Shown piece by piece: positions 1 to 7,912 of a stretch of DNA of 64,000 bases. Made by a program: the position numbers and the translations under genes. Positions within the stretch are counted from its first letter, which is position 1, and every line of letters starts with the position of its first letter. The notes below the pieces were generated by a model. The model made no database searches, was not told the DNA's origin, and saw only the letters and a list, made by a program, of their open reading frames with translations. The stretch covers positions 448,001 to 512,000 of the forward strand of contig CAVQEQ010000003.1 of assembly GCA_963711565.1 (NCBI GenBank). Reading direction: 5' to 3'. The DNA comes from an uncultured delta proteobacterium. Lineage in GTDB: Bacteria > Desulfobacterota > Binatia > Binatales > Binataceae.

Positions 1-182
1 TCAGGACTTCTTGCGCATGAAAATCAATCGGAGTAGATTGCGTAAAGTTAGATAGGCATACAAAAGGGTCTGTTAGCTAAATGTATGAGAGAGCCACTAA
101 CAGTATGTGGCGACCTTGCTACACATTGTTAGACGTTCTAATTTGAAGAGAGGCGCGCAGAACAGACTGCGAGGATGAAGCT

Positions 183-461
183 ATGAGCGTCACAATTATT
201 CCTACCCCCGGAATGGCCGGGGGGCCCTGCCGCGGATCCTGCGATCATGCCAAGTGCCACACGCTTCGCGCGATGGCGGACGAGCGATGTCATCACTGCG
301 GCGCCCGTTTCGGATTCGGCACCAAAGTGACGGGCGAGCCGCCGATGCATCTGCGATGCGCGCAGAGCATTGCCGCGCAAAGCGGCGCACCGGCTACGCA
401 TCCAATTAATGATCCGGCGGCACCTCCTCAGGCGACGGGTCAACGCGGCGACAAGCACTAG
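183..461 (+). CDS. Small Cys/His-rich putative zinc-finger protein (92 aa)
   Basis: ATG preceded by GAGGA; C-x3-C-x-H-x2-C and C-x2-C-x16-H-x2-C motifs; Pro/Ala/Gln-rich tail. Confidence 0.65.
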   Translation: MSVTIIPTPGMAGGPCRGSCDHAKCHTLRAMADERCHHCGARFGFGTKVTGEPPMHLRCAQSIAAQSGAPATHPINDPAAPPQATGQRGDKH

Positions 462-528
462 CCCGATTTCGTTCGTCCTCTCGGTCTGATTGCCCGCACG
501 CCTGTTCGGCGTAGCCTGCGGGGTGCGC

Positions 529-558
529 TTGACACCTTCGGCGTGTGCGCGGTACCGC
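529..558 (+). promoter_or_regulatory. Possible sigma70 promoter for the amidohydrolase operon
   Basis: Perfect TTGACA at 529-534; weak -10 (TACCGC, 553-558) 6 nt before GTG 565. Confidence 0.35.
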
Positions 559-564
559 TCAAGC

Positions 565-2001
565 GTGAACACCGAGAAAATTGCTGAAGTGCGGGCGCTC
601 CGCGATCGGCTGGATCACCCGGTGATCGACGCCGACGGGCATCTCATCGAGCCTGCTCCGCTCTTCAACGAATATCTTCAGAAGATCGGCGGGCGCGACA
701 TGCTCGAGCGCTACAATCGCGAGCTTCGCGAGCATCCGACCGGCTCGCGCGGAAATCGCGACGCAGGCGACATGCGGGGTGCATGGTGGGGAGTCTCGAA
801 CGACGCGTATGATCTCGCGACCGTGATGGCGCCGCGGCTTCTGTACAACAGGCTGAACGATCTCGGCGTCGATTTTTCCATCTTGTATCCGACACTGGGA
901 CTCGCGCTGCCGACGATTCATGACGGCGAAGTCCGACGGATCGCATGTCGCGCGCTGAACACGATGAACGCCGAGATCTGCGGACAGTTCCGCGATCGCA
1001 TCGCGCCGGCGGCCGCGATCCCGATGCATACGCCGGATGAGGCAATCGCGGAACTGGAATACGCGGTGCGCGTCGGTCTCAAAGTTGCGATGATCCCGCC
1101 GGGAGTTGCGCGTCCGATTCCCGCGCTCGAGCGCGGGCATCCGGATGCGTTTCCCAACGCTGCCTATTTCGATTGCTACGGACTCGACAGCTCCCATAAC
1201 TACGATCCGGTGTGGCGCAAATTTGTCGAGCTGAAGATCGCGGTCACTTCGCACGGCGGCGTCGGTCTGCGCTACCTGCCGCTCGGACGGCGCTCGCCGA
1301 CCAACTACATGTTCAATCACATCGGCGCGCACGCCTATCAGCAGGGCGAACTGTGCCGGTCGATCGTTATGGGCGGCGTGGCGACCAGGTTCCCGGAATT
1401 GGCGTTCGGATTTCTCGAATGCGGCGCTGGATGGGCCTGCGACCTGCTCCATTCGCTCGAAGAGCATTGGGAGAAACGCAATACCGCCGGCCTGGTGAAC
1501 TACGATCCGTCGCGACTCGATCGCCCGCGGTTGCATCAACTGCTCGCCGAGTACGGCGGTTCCGAATTTATCGCGAAGAATACGGCGCGCGCGGTGCGGG
1601 CCTATGATGAAGGCCTCGAGCGCCACGATCGCGCGACGGATCGCGACGAGTGGGCGCTCACCGGTGTACGCGACGAGCATGATTTCGCGCGAATCTTCGG
1701 CAACTTCTATTTCGGTTGCGAGGCCGATGACCTGAGCGTGCATCGCGCGCTCGACTCGCGCGCCAATCCGATGCGGACGCGACTGCAGCCGATTTTCTCG
1801 TCAGACATCGGCCACTGGGACGTGCCGGACATCTCGACGGTACTGCTCGAGAGCCATCGGCTGGTGGACAAGGAACTCCTGAGTGACGCTGATTATCGCG
1901 ACTTCGTTTTCACGTATCCGGCGCAACTTCATTTGAAAGCGAATCCGAAATTCTTCGCCGGCACCGCGATTGCGGATTCCGTCGCCGAGCTGAAAGCATA
2001 G
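565..2001 (+). CDS. Amidohydrolase family protein (amidohydro_2-like)
   Basis: IDADGH metal motif, YPT, FLECGAGW, SSDIGHWD; start set at GTG 565 rather than 490 of the ORF track. Confidence 0.85.
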   Translation: MNTEKIAEVRALRDRLDHPVIDADGHLIEPAPLFNEYLQKIGGRDMLERYNRELREHPTGSRGNRDAGDMRGAWWGVSNDAYDLATVMAPRLLYNRLNDLGVDFSILYPTLGLALPTIHDGEVRRIACRALNTMNAEICGQFRDRIAPAAAIPMHTPDEAIAELEYAVRVGLKVAMIPPGVARPIPALERGHPDAFPNAAYFDCYGLDSSHNYDPVWRKFVELKIAVTSHGGVGLRYLPLGRRSPTNYMFNHIGAHAYQQGELCRSIVMGGVATRFPELAFGFLECGAGWACDLLHSLEEHWEKRNTAGLVNYDPSRLDRPRLHQLLAEYGGSEFIAKNTARAVRAYDEGLERHDRATDRDEWALTGVRDEHDFARIFGNFYFGCEADDLSVHRALDSRANPMRTRLQPIFSSDIGHWDVPDISTVLLESHRLVDKELLSDADYRDFVFTYPAQLHLKANPKFFAGTAIADSVAELKA

Positions 2002-2011
2002 CGAGACTTTG

Positions 2012-2791
2012 ATGCTCTCGACTGAACGCAAGCGCGACTGGAACGAGAAGGGGTTCTTCATCATCCGCGGCTTCATGCCAGTCGAGGACTGCCGGGCGAT
2101 GCATGCGCGGGTCGTCGAGATCTGCCGCCTGAATGCGGAGGGGAAAAGCGTTCCGAACGTGTTCGTGTTGCCGGAAAAGAAACCCAACCCGCTCGCGCAA
2201 AATCCCGAGGACAACGTCGGCAAGGTGTTCCGGCTTCATCGCGATCCGATTTTCAAAAAGCTGGTCGAGCTTCCCGCCGTGCTCGACCTCGTGAGCGATC
2301 TGATCGGACCGGAGCTCGACTGTTTTGTCAGCCAGTTCATTTTCAAAAATCACGGCGCGCTCGGACAGCCGTGGCATCAGGATTCGTACTACTTCGCCTT
2401 CAGCACACGGCCGCAGGTCGGAGTCTGGCTGGCCGTCACCGAAGCGACGCTCGACAACGGATGCCTGCACGTGATGCCGGGATCGCACCTCGAGCCGGTG
2501 CATAAGCACGTGCCGGACCGGCGTCCGCACGCGCAGTATGGCTACACGGAGATCGTCGATTACGACATGTCGAAGTCGGTGCCGGTGCTGATGCAGGCCG
2601 GCGACTTGCTGGTCTTCCACAGTCACCTGATGCATCGATCGACGGACAACATGTCAGGCGGGATTCGCGCCGCGATGGTCTGGCATTACACGAAGTCGGG
2701 AACGATCGATCAGACCCGGGAGAGGTTCGGGCATCAGAACCCGTCGCACGATTTCATGAAGATCGAACGTCGCCGTGCGGTCGAGGATTAG
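2012..2791 (+). CDS. Phytanoyl-CoA dioxygenase (PhyH) family Fe(II)/2-oxoglutarate oxygenase
   Basis: WHQD (HxD) motif, ATLDNGCL.V.PGSH, AGDLLVFH..L.HRS distal His, downstream Arg. Confidence 0.9.
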   Translation: MLSTERKRDWNEKGFFIIRGFMPVEDCRAMHARVVEICRLNAEGKSVPNVFVLPEKKPNPLAQNPEDNVGKVFRLHRDPIFKKLVELPAVLDLVSDLIGPELDCFVSQFIFKNHGALGQPWHQDSYYFAFSTRPQVGVWLAVTEATLDNGCLHVMPGSHLEPVHKHVPDRRPHAQYGYTEIVDYDMSKSVPVLMQAGDLLVFHSHLMHRSTDNMSGGIRAAMVWHYTKSGTIDQTRERFGHQNPSHDFMKIERRRAVED

Positions 2792-2794
2792 AGC

Positions 2795-4339
2795 ATGAAT
2801 GGAGCTGAGAGCCTGATTCGCACCGCAATCGCGGCCGGCGTCGAAGTGTGTTTCGCAAATCCGGGGACGACCGAGATGCCGCTGGTGGCGGCGCTCGATT
2901 CGGCCGACGGTCTGCGGCCGATTCTCGGATTGTTCGAAGGCGTCTGCACTGGAGCCGCCGATGGTTACGGACGGATGGCGGAGAAGCCCGCGATGACGCT
3001 GCTGCATCTTGGGCCGGGCTTCGCCAACGGTATTGCAAATCTGCACAACGCGCGACGCGCGCGTTCGCCGATCGTGAATTTAATCGGCGACCACGCGACT
3101 TGGCACGTCGGCGCCGACGCACCGCTCACGTCGGACATCGTTTCGCTCGCGACGCCGGTTTCGGGATGGGTGCGAAGCGTGCGCAATCCGGCGTCGCTCG
3201 CGGGCGCGACTGCGGAGGCGATCGCGGCGGCGGGGCGAGCGCCAGGACAGATTGCGACGCTGATCATCCCGTCTGACTGCCAGTGGGATCCCGCCGAGAC
3301 GCACGCCGCGCCGATCGAGGCGGCGGCGTTGCCGATGGTGTCTTCCGATGCGATCAAGCGCGCGGCCGAATCGATCCGCAAGGGAAACAAGGTCGCGCTT
3401 TTTCTCGGCGGCATGGCACTTCGCGCGCGCGGTCTGAAGGCGGCTGCGCGCATCGCTGCGAAATCGGGATGTCATCTCATCTGTGAGACTTTTCCCGCGC
3501 GGCTCGAACGCGGCGCGGGCACGCCCAACCTGGATCGCCTGCCCTACTTTCCCGAACAAGCAATCGAGATGCTGAAGGCGTTCGATACGATCGTCATCGC
3601 GGGCGCGAAGAAGCCGGTAGCGTTTTTTGGCTATCCCGATTTTCCGAGTCAGTTGATTCCCGACGGCATCAACACCATGATTCTCGCCGAGCCGACTGAC
3701 GACGTTCCGGCTGCTCTGGAAGCGCTCGCGAGCGAAATTGCGGCGCCGGTTGCGGTCGCGATGCCGTCGAAGATAGCACGCCCCGAACACCCTGTCGGAA
3801 AACTCAACGCGATGACCGCAGGCGCCGCGATTGCCGCGACGATGCCCGAGGGTGCAATTGTGATGGACGAAGCTGCCACGACAGGGCTGCCGTTCCTGGC
3901 TGCCTCCGTGGCGGCGCCTGCGCATACGTACCTTTCGCTCACCGGTGGCGCGATCGGGCAGGGGTTGCCGTGCGCGACCGGTGCGGCGGTCGCGTGTCCC
4001 GACCGGCGCGTGATCGCTTTTCAGGCCGATGGCAGCGCGATGTACACGCTGCAAGCGCTTTGGACGCAGGCGCGCGAATCGCTCAACGTCACCACAGTGC
4101 TGTGCAACAACCACAGCTACCGAATTTTGCAGGTCGAGCTCGCGCGCGCGGGCGTGACGGAGCCCGGCCGCAAGGCGCGCTCGCTAACCAGTCTTGCCAA
4201 TCCCGATATCGAGTGGACGAGTCTGGCGCGGGGGTTGGGTGTGCCTGCGGTGCGCGTCGAGACGGCCGAGGACCTCACGCGCGAGCTGGAACGCTCGCTC
4301 GCGACGCCCGGTCCGACGTTGATCGAGATGATTCTTTAA
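2795..4339 (+). CDS. ThDP-dependent enzyme, acetolactate synthase large subunit-like / decarboxylase family
   Basis: FANPGTTEM, LFEGVCTGAADGY, TGGAIGQG, ADGSAMYT...NN ThDP-binding motif. Confidence 0.85.
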   Translation: MNGAESLIRTAIAAGVEVCFANPGTTEMPLVAALDSADGLRPILGLFEGVCTGAADGYGRMAEKPAMTLLHLGPGFANGIANLHNARRARSPIVNLIGDHATWHVGADAPLTSDIVSLATPVSGWVRSVRNPASLAGATAEAIAAAGRAPGQIATLIIPSDCQWDPAETHAAPIEAAALPMVSSDAIKRAAESIRKGNKVALFLGGMALRARGLKAAARIAAKSGCHLICETFPARLERGAGTPNLDRLPYFPEQAIEMLKAFDTIVIAGAKKPVAFFGYPDFPSQLIPDGINTMILAEPTDDVPAALEALASEIAAPVAVAMPSKIARPEHPVGKLNAMTAGAAIAATMPEGAIVMDEAATTGLPFLAASVAAPAHTYLSLTGGAIGQGLPCATGAAVACPDRRVIAFQADGSAMYTLQALWTQARESLNVTTVLCNNHSYRILQVELARAGVTEPGRKARSLTSLANPDIEWTSLARGLGVPAVRVETAEDLTRELERSLATPGPTLIEMIL

Positions 4340-4342
4340 TAC

Positions 4343-4960
4343 TTACTCCAGGAGTTTGAGCGCGGTCTGCAGGTCGGCGATCGTCGCGATCGTGTGATCA
4401 TGTTCGATGCGGTTGCCGACGCCGATGAAGTGCATGCCTGCGCCGTTGGCAGCTTCGCGATCGATCCGGCTGTCGCCGATGTACACGGCGCGCGCCGCGC
4501 TCACATTCGCGCGATCCAGGCATAGGCGCAGGATGTCGGGCGCCGGCTTGGGGCGAACCTTGTCGAGCGCGCTCGCGACCGCGTCGAAGACGCCGCCAAG
4601 ACCAAGATGCTCGACCAGTGCAGGCACGGTCGCCGATCGATTCGTCGCCAGCCCGAGCTTGTAGCGCCGCTTGAGCTCAAGCATGAACGGGCGCAAGTCG
4701 AACGGCGGCCGCAGCATTTTGAAGAACGGCGTCTGATCCATATTGCGCGTCACGTCGTGCATCGCGCCAAGCTTGGCCGCGTCGCCACGCGCGCGGGCCG
4801 CGAACACCTCGCTTGCGGCATAGGAGACCGCCGAGATTTCCTCGTCGCGATCGAGCGGCGGTTCGCCGACCTTCGCGAAAATCCAATTGTAATAGGCGAC
4901 GTTCGATTCGGTGGAATCGAACAGCACGCCGTCGGCGTCGAACATCACTAATTCAATCAT
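4343..4960 (-). CDS. HAD-superfamily hydrolase (phosphoglycolate phosphatase-like)
   Basis: FDADGVL motif I, ATN motif II, KPAP motif III, IGDS..D motif IV. Confidence 0.9.
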   Translation of the reverse strand: MIELVMFDADGVLFDSTESNVAYYNWIFAKVGEPPLDRDEEISAVSYAASEVFAARARGDAAKLGAMHDVTRNMDQTPFFKMLRPPFDLRPFMLELKRRYKLGLATNRSATVPALVEHLGLGGVFDAVASALDKVRPKPAPDILRLCLDRANVSAARAVYIGDSRIDREAANGAGMHFIGVGNRIEHDHTIATIADLQTALKLLE

Positions 4961-5005
4961 GTTGAACGAATATTGTGCGTGGCCGGCGCACGCGGCGCCA
5001 GAGAG

Positions 5006-5506
5006 TCAACGCGCGGCGCGTTTGCGATCGGCGCGCTCGGTTCGCCGCGCGTGCGCGGGCACCGGACGGCGCGGAATCGCAACGACTTCGCGGGCCGTCA
5101 GATGATCTCCGCAATGCGAGCAGACCATGTCCGGCGCGGTCTTCGCGCCGCAGACGCGATGTATCAGCGTCATCGGCGGCCCCGATTCGTCGCTGAGCCA
5201 GGTATCGCCCCATCGCATCATCGCGATCAACACCGGATATAGCTCGAGTCCTTTGCGGGTCAGCCGATACTCGACGCGGCCGCTGTCGCCTTCGCTGCGC
5301 GCGCGATCGAGGATCCCGTCGCGAACCAGGTCGCGCAGCCGCGAGCTCAGGATGTTGCGCGCGATTCCGATCCCCTGCTGAAACTCGTCGAACCGGTGAC
5401 GTCCAAGAAAGGTCTCGCGCAGGATCAGCATCGTCCAACGCTCGCCGATTACCGACAGCGTGCGCGCGACCGAACAATTCAGGTCCTTGACCGAATCCCA
5501 TCGCAT
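5006..5506 (-). CDS. HxlR-family winged-helix transcriptional regulator
   Basis: CSVARTLSVIGERWTMLILRE...RFDEFQ..GIARNILSSRL...EYRLT.KG; SD GGAGGAG upstream. Confidence 0.92.
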   Translation of the reverse strand: MRWDSVKDLNCSVARTLSVIGERWTMLILRETFLGRHRFDEFQQGIGIARNILSSRLRDLVRDGILDRARSEGDSGRVEYRLTRKGLELYPVLIAMMRWGDTWLSDESGPPMTLIHRVCGAKTAPDMVCSHCGDHLTAREVVAIPRRPVPAHARRTERADRKRAAR

Positions 5507-5582
5507 GGGCGTCTGTCACTCTCCTCCCCCGAAACTTCGCGCGCCGCGACGTTCCCCAACGTCCGGACGCGAAGAAAATATC

Positions 5583-5597
5583 GTTGCACTTTGAAAC
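5583..5597. promoter_or_regulatory. Quasi-palindromic operator GTTGCA-CTT-TGAAAC upstream of hxlR
   Basis: Same half-sites recur at 6036-6050 with a different 3-nt spacer. Confidence 0.55.
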
Positions 5598-5681
5598 CGA
5601 GTTTACCAGCGGTGCATCAGCTGCATTCAAACTGACGACAATCTCGCAAGCGCGCGCGCAGCGGCGAGCCGGGACTGGGAT

Positions 5682-5807
5682 TCAGCGCCACCAATCAGCG
5701 AGAAACTCTCTGATCTCGTTGGTGATGGACGCATAGTGCGTCCACACATATGCGACCGCAAGACCGATTGCGACCCAGACCAATAACCGCGATATTGCCC
5801 GGTCCAT
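5682..5807 (-). CDS. 41-aa single-pass membrane microprotein (not in ORF track)
   Basis: Manual translation MDRAISRLLVWVAIGLAVAYVWTHYASITNEIREFLADWWR*; purine-rich GAAGGGTGGAAG upstream; possible in-frame GTG start at 5819. Confidence 0.6.
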   Translation of the reverse strand: MDRAISRLLVWVAIGLAVAYVWTHYASITNEIREFLADWWR

Positions 5808-6035
5808 CGTTACCGGCACTTCCACCCTTCTGAAAAAGGAACGGGTCGGCGTTCGCTGTCATTAAACGCCAACCCTTTTTGCCGACTGGGTAAAGGGGGG
5901 CAAAACCGAGCCGACTATCTTCAAATACTAGATTAGGTGTTTGCATCAATTGAGGCGATGGCGGCCCGTTTTGCGTGGCAGAGCCGTCGCGTCAGCCCCT
6001 GGGACAGTTGCGATTGACTACAGCGCCTGATAGCA

Positions 6036-6050
6036 GTTGCAAAGTGAAAC
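6036..6050. promoter_or_regulatory. Quasi-palindromic operator GTTGCA-AAG-TGAAAC upstream of the DsbA-like gene
   Basis: Identical half-sites to 5583-5597; flanked by CA/TG extending the palindrome. Confidence 0.55.
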
Positions 6051-6088
6051 TGGAGGCGCCCGCGGATTGTGCCGCAGGGAGATAAGCG

Positions 6089-6670
6089 ATGGCGAAGCAG
6101 ATCGAATTCTTTTACGACTACCTGAGCCCATTCAGCTATCTTGCGGACACGCAGTTGCCGGCGATTGCGCGACGCACCGGGGCAGAAATCGTTTATCGGC
6201 CGATTCTGATGGGCGCGGTCATGAAGAACGCCGGCAACGCGGGACCACTCTCGATACCGTCGAAGGCGGCATACAATGTCGCGGAATTTCAGCGATGGGC
6301 AAAACGTTACGGCGTCCCCGCTCAGTTCAGTCCGTATTTTCCGTTCAACACGATTCGCATCGTGCGCGGAGCAATCGCCGCGCAACTGCTTGGCCGCTTC
6401 CGGCAGTTCCATTCGGCGGCGTTTCGCGCGATCTGGGAGCAAGGGCAGGATCTCAGCAAGGAGGAGGCGATACGCCGGCTGCTGGGCGAGGTGGGAATCG
6501 AGCCGGCGCTAATCGAAAGCGACGACATCAAGAACCGGCTGCGAGCCAATGTGGACGAGGCCGTCAGCCGTGGAGCGTTCGGCGCGCCGACGTTTTTCGT
6601 CAATCGCGAAATGTTCTGGGGCAACGATCGATTGGATTTTGTGGAAGAAGCGATCGTGCGGCAGGCATGA
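6089..6670 (+). CDS. 2-hydroxychromene-2-carboxylate isomerase / DsbA (kappa-GST) family protein
   Basis: IEFFYDYLSPFSYL, GAFGAPTFFV, FWGNDRL. Confidence 0.92.
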   Translation: MAKQIEFFYDYLSPFSYLADTQLPAIARRTGAEIVYRPILMGAVMKNAGNAGPLSIPSKAAYNVAEFQRWAKRYGVPAQFSPYFPFNTIRIVRGAIAAQLLGRFRQFHSAAFRAIWEQGQDLSKEEAIRRLLGEVGIEPALIESDDIKNRLRANVDEAVSRGAFGAPTFFVNREMFWGNDRLDFVEEAIVRQA

Positions 6671-6747
6671 CGCGAGTTTCATCGTTGCACGATCCGTGAG
6701 ATAGATCTGAAAGTTGCGCCGGCACCCTTTCGACGGAGGTCATTCAG

Positions 6748-7716
6748 ATGAAAGCAGTTGTATTCGAAAAGCTTGGCGGGCCTGAGGTGATGAAGATTGC
6801 CGAGGTTCCGAAGCCCGAGGTGAAGCCCGGGTTCGTTCTGATCAAGGTGCGCGCGGCCGGAATCAACTTCGCCGATACATTGTTCCGGCAGGGGCAGTAT
6901 CTCATGCAACCCAGTCTGCCCGATACTCCGGGGCTCGAGGCTGCGGGCGAAATCGAAGCAGTGGGCGCGGGTGTCGCGAATCTCAAGCAGGGTCAGCGCG
7001 TCGCCGCGCTCGGGAGCAAGATGTACGCGGAGTACGCGCTTGCACCTGCCGCGCAGGTGATTCCGCTCGCCGACTCGATCAGCTTCGAGCATGCGGCGGC
7101 GTTTCCAGTGCAGGTGCTGACCGCATGGCACATGCTGCACACGTCTCATCAAACCGGCCCCGGACAGACAGTGCTGGTGCATTCGGCGGCGGGCGGCGTC
7201 GGAATTGTCGCGGTGCAAATCGCGAAAGCCGCGGGCGCGCGCGTGATCGGAACCGTATCGAGCGCCGGCAAGGCCGCGCTTATCAAGGAGTACGGCGCGG
7301 ACGACGCGATCAACTACGCGACCGACGATTTCGCAGCCGAGGCGAACCGCCTTACCGGCGGACGCGGCGTCGATCTGATCCTGGATGCGGTCGGCGCGAC
7401 CACGTTGGAGAAAGGTCTAACGTGTCTCGCTCCGCTCGGACATCTGACGCTCTACGGACGCGCCGGCGGTCCGCCCGAACCGCTCAACCTGTTCAAGCTG
7501 TTCGAGAAATCAATCAAGGTGAGCGGCTTCACGTTGTACGCGGTGGCTGCTGTGCCTGACGCGATGCGCCGCGGAATCGAGGAGTCGTTCAAGCTGATCG
7601 CGGCGGGAAAGCTAAAGCTGCTCGTCGGCAAATCGTTCCCGCTTGTGCAGGCCGCAGAAGCGCACAAGTTCATGGAATCGCGCCAATCGACCGGCAAGCT
7701 GGTGCTGATTCCGTAG
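6748..7716 (+). CDS. NADPH:quinone oxidoreductase (MDR family)
   Basis: GGPEV, AAGINFAD, PGLEAAG, HSAAGGVG, STGKLVL; SD GGAGG. Confidence 0.92.
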   Translation: MKAVVFEKLGGPEVMKIAEVPKPEVKPGFVLIKVRAAGINFADTLFRQGQYLMQPSLPDTPGLEAAGEIEAVGAGVANLKQGQRVAALGSKMYAEYALAPAAQVIPLADSISFEHAAAFPVQVLTAWHMLHTSHQTGPGQTVLVHSAAGGVGIVAVQIAKAAGARVIGTVSSAGKAALIKEYGADDAINYATDDFAAEANRLTGGRGVDLILDAVGATTLEKGLTCLAPLGHLTLYGRAGGPPEPLNLFKLFEKSIKVSGFTLYAVAAVPDAMRRGIEESFKLIAAGKLKLLVGKSFPLVQAAEAHKFMESRQSTGKLVLIP

Positions 7717-7751
7717 CTAACAAAGCGGCTCACGATTTCGATTCGGCGTAA

Positions 7752-7784
7752 GTCGCAATTTGCAAGTCAGTAGCAATTTGCAAC
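7752..7784. promoter_or_regulatory. Tandem quasi-palindromes GTCGCA-ATT-TGCAAG and GTAGCA-ATT-TGCAAC
   Basis: GCAATTTGCAA repeated at 7755 and 7773, about 80-110 bp upstream of a sigma54 motif. Confidence 0.5.
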
Positions 7785-7862
7785 TGGCTTTGGAACTCAA
7801 GAAAGTCGTCTGCGTCTGAAATTCTTCGCACGCACGCAGGAACATTTTCCCGCGCGCCGCAA

Positions 7863-7878
7863 TGGCATCCGAGTTGCT
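7863..7878 (+). promoter_or_regulatory. sigma54 (-24/-12) promoter
   Basis: TGGCATCCGAGTTGCT matches TGGCA-N6-TTGCW with exact GG-N10-GC spacing, 34 nt before ATG 7913. Confidence 0.7.
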
Positions 7879-7912
7879 TGCTCCTTTCCATTTCCCGCCG
7901 GAGGAGTAACTC

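Noticed and set aside
5872-5908. Hairpin followed by GGGCAAAACC, reminiscent of a c-di-GMP-I riboswitch
   Set aside because: No GNRA-capped P2, GACGCAAAG junction or P3 elements.
5695-5949. 84-aa minus-strand ORF in the track
   Set aside because: No recognisable features; the overlapping 41-aa frame gives a far more protein-like TM peptide.
6023-6059. Hammerhead-ribozyme-like CTGATAG...GAAAC inside a GCGCCT/AGGCGC stem
   Set aside because: The core is CUGAUAG, not CUGANGA, and stems II and III cannot form; better explained as the operator palindrome at 6036-6050.
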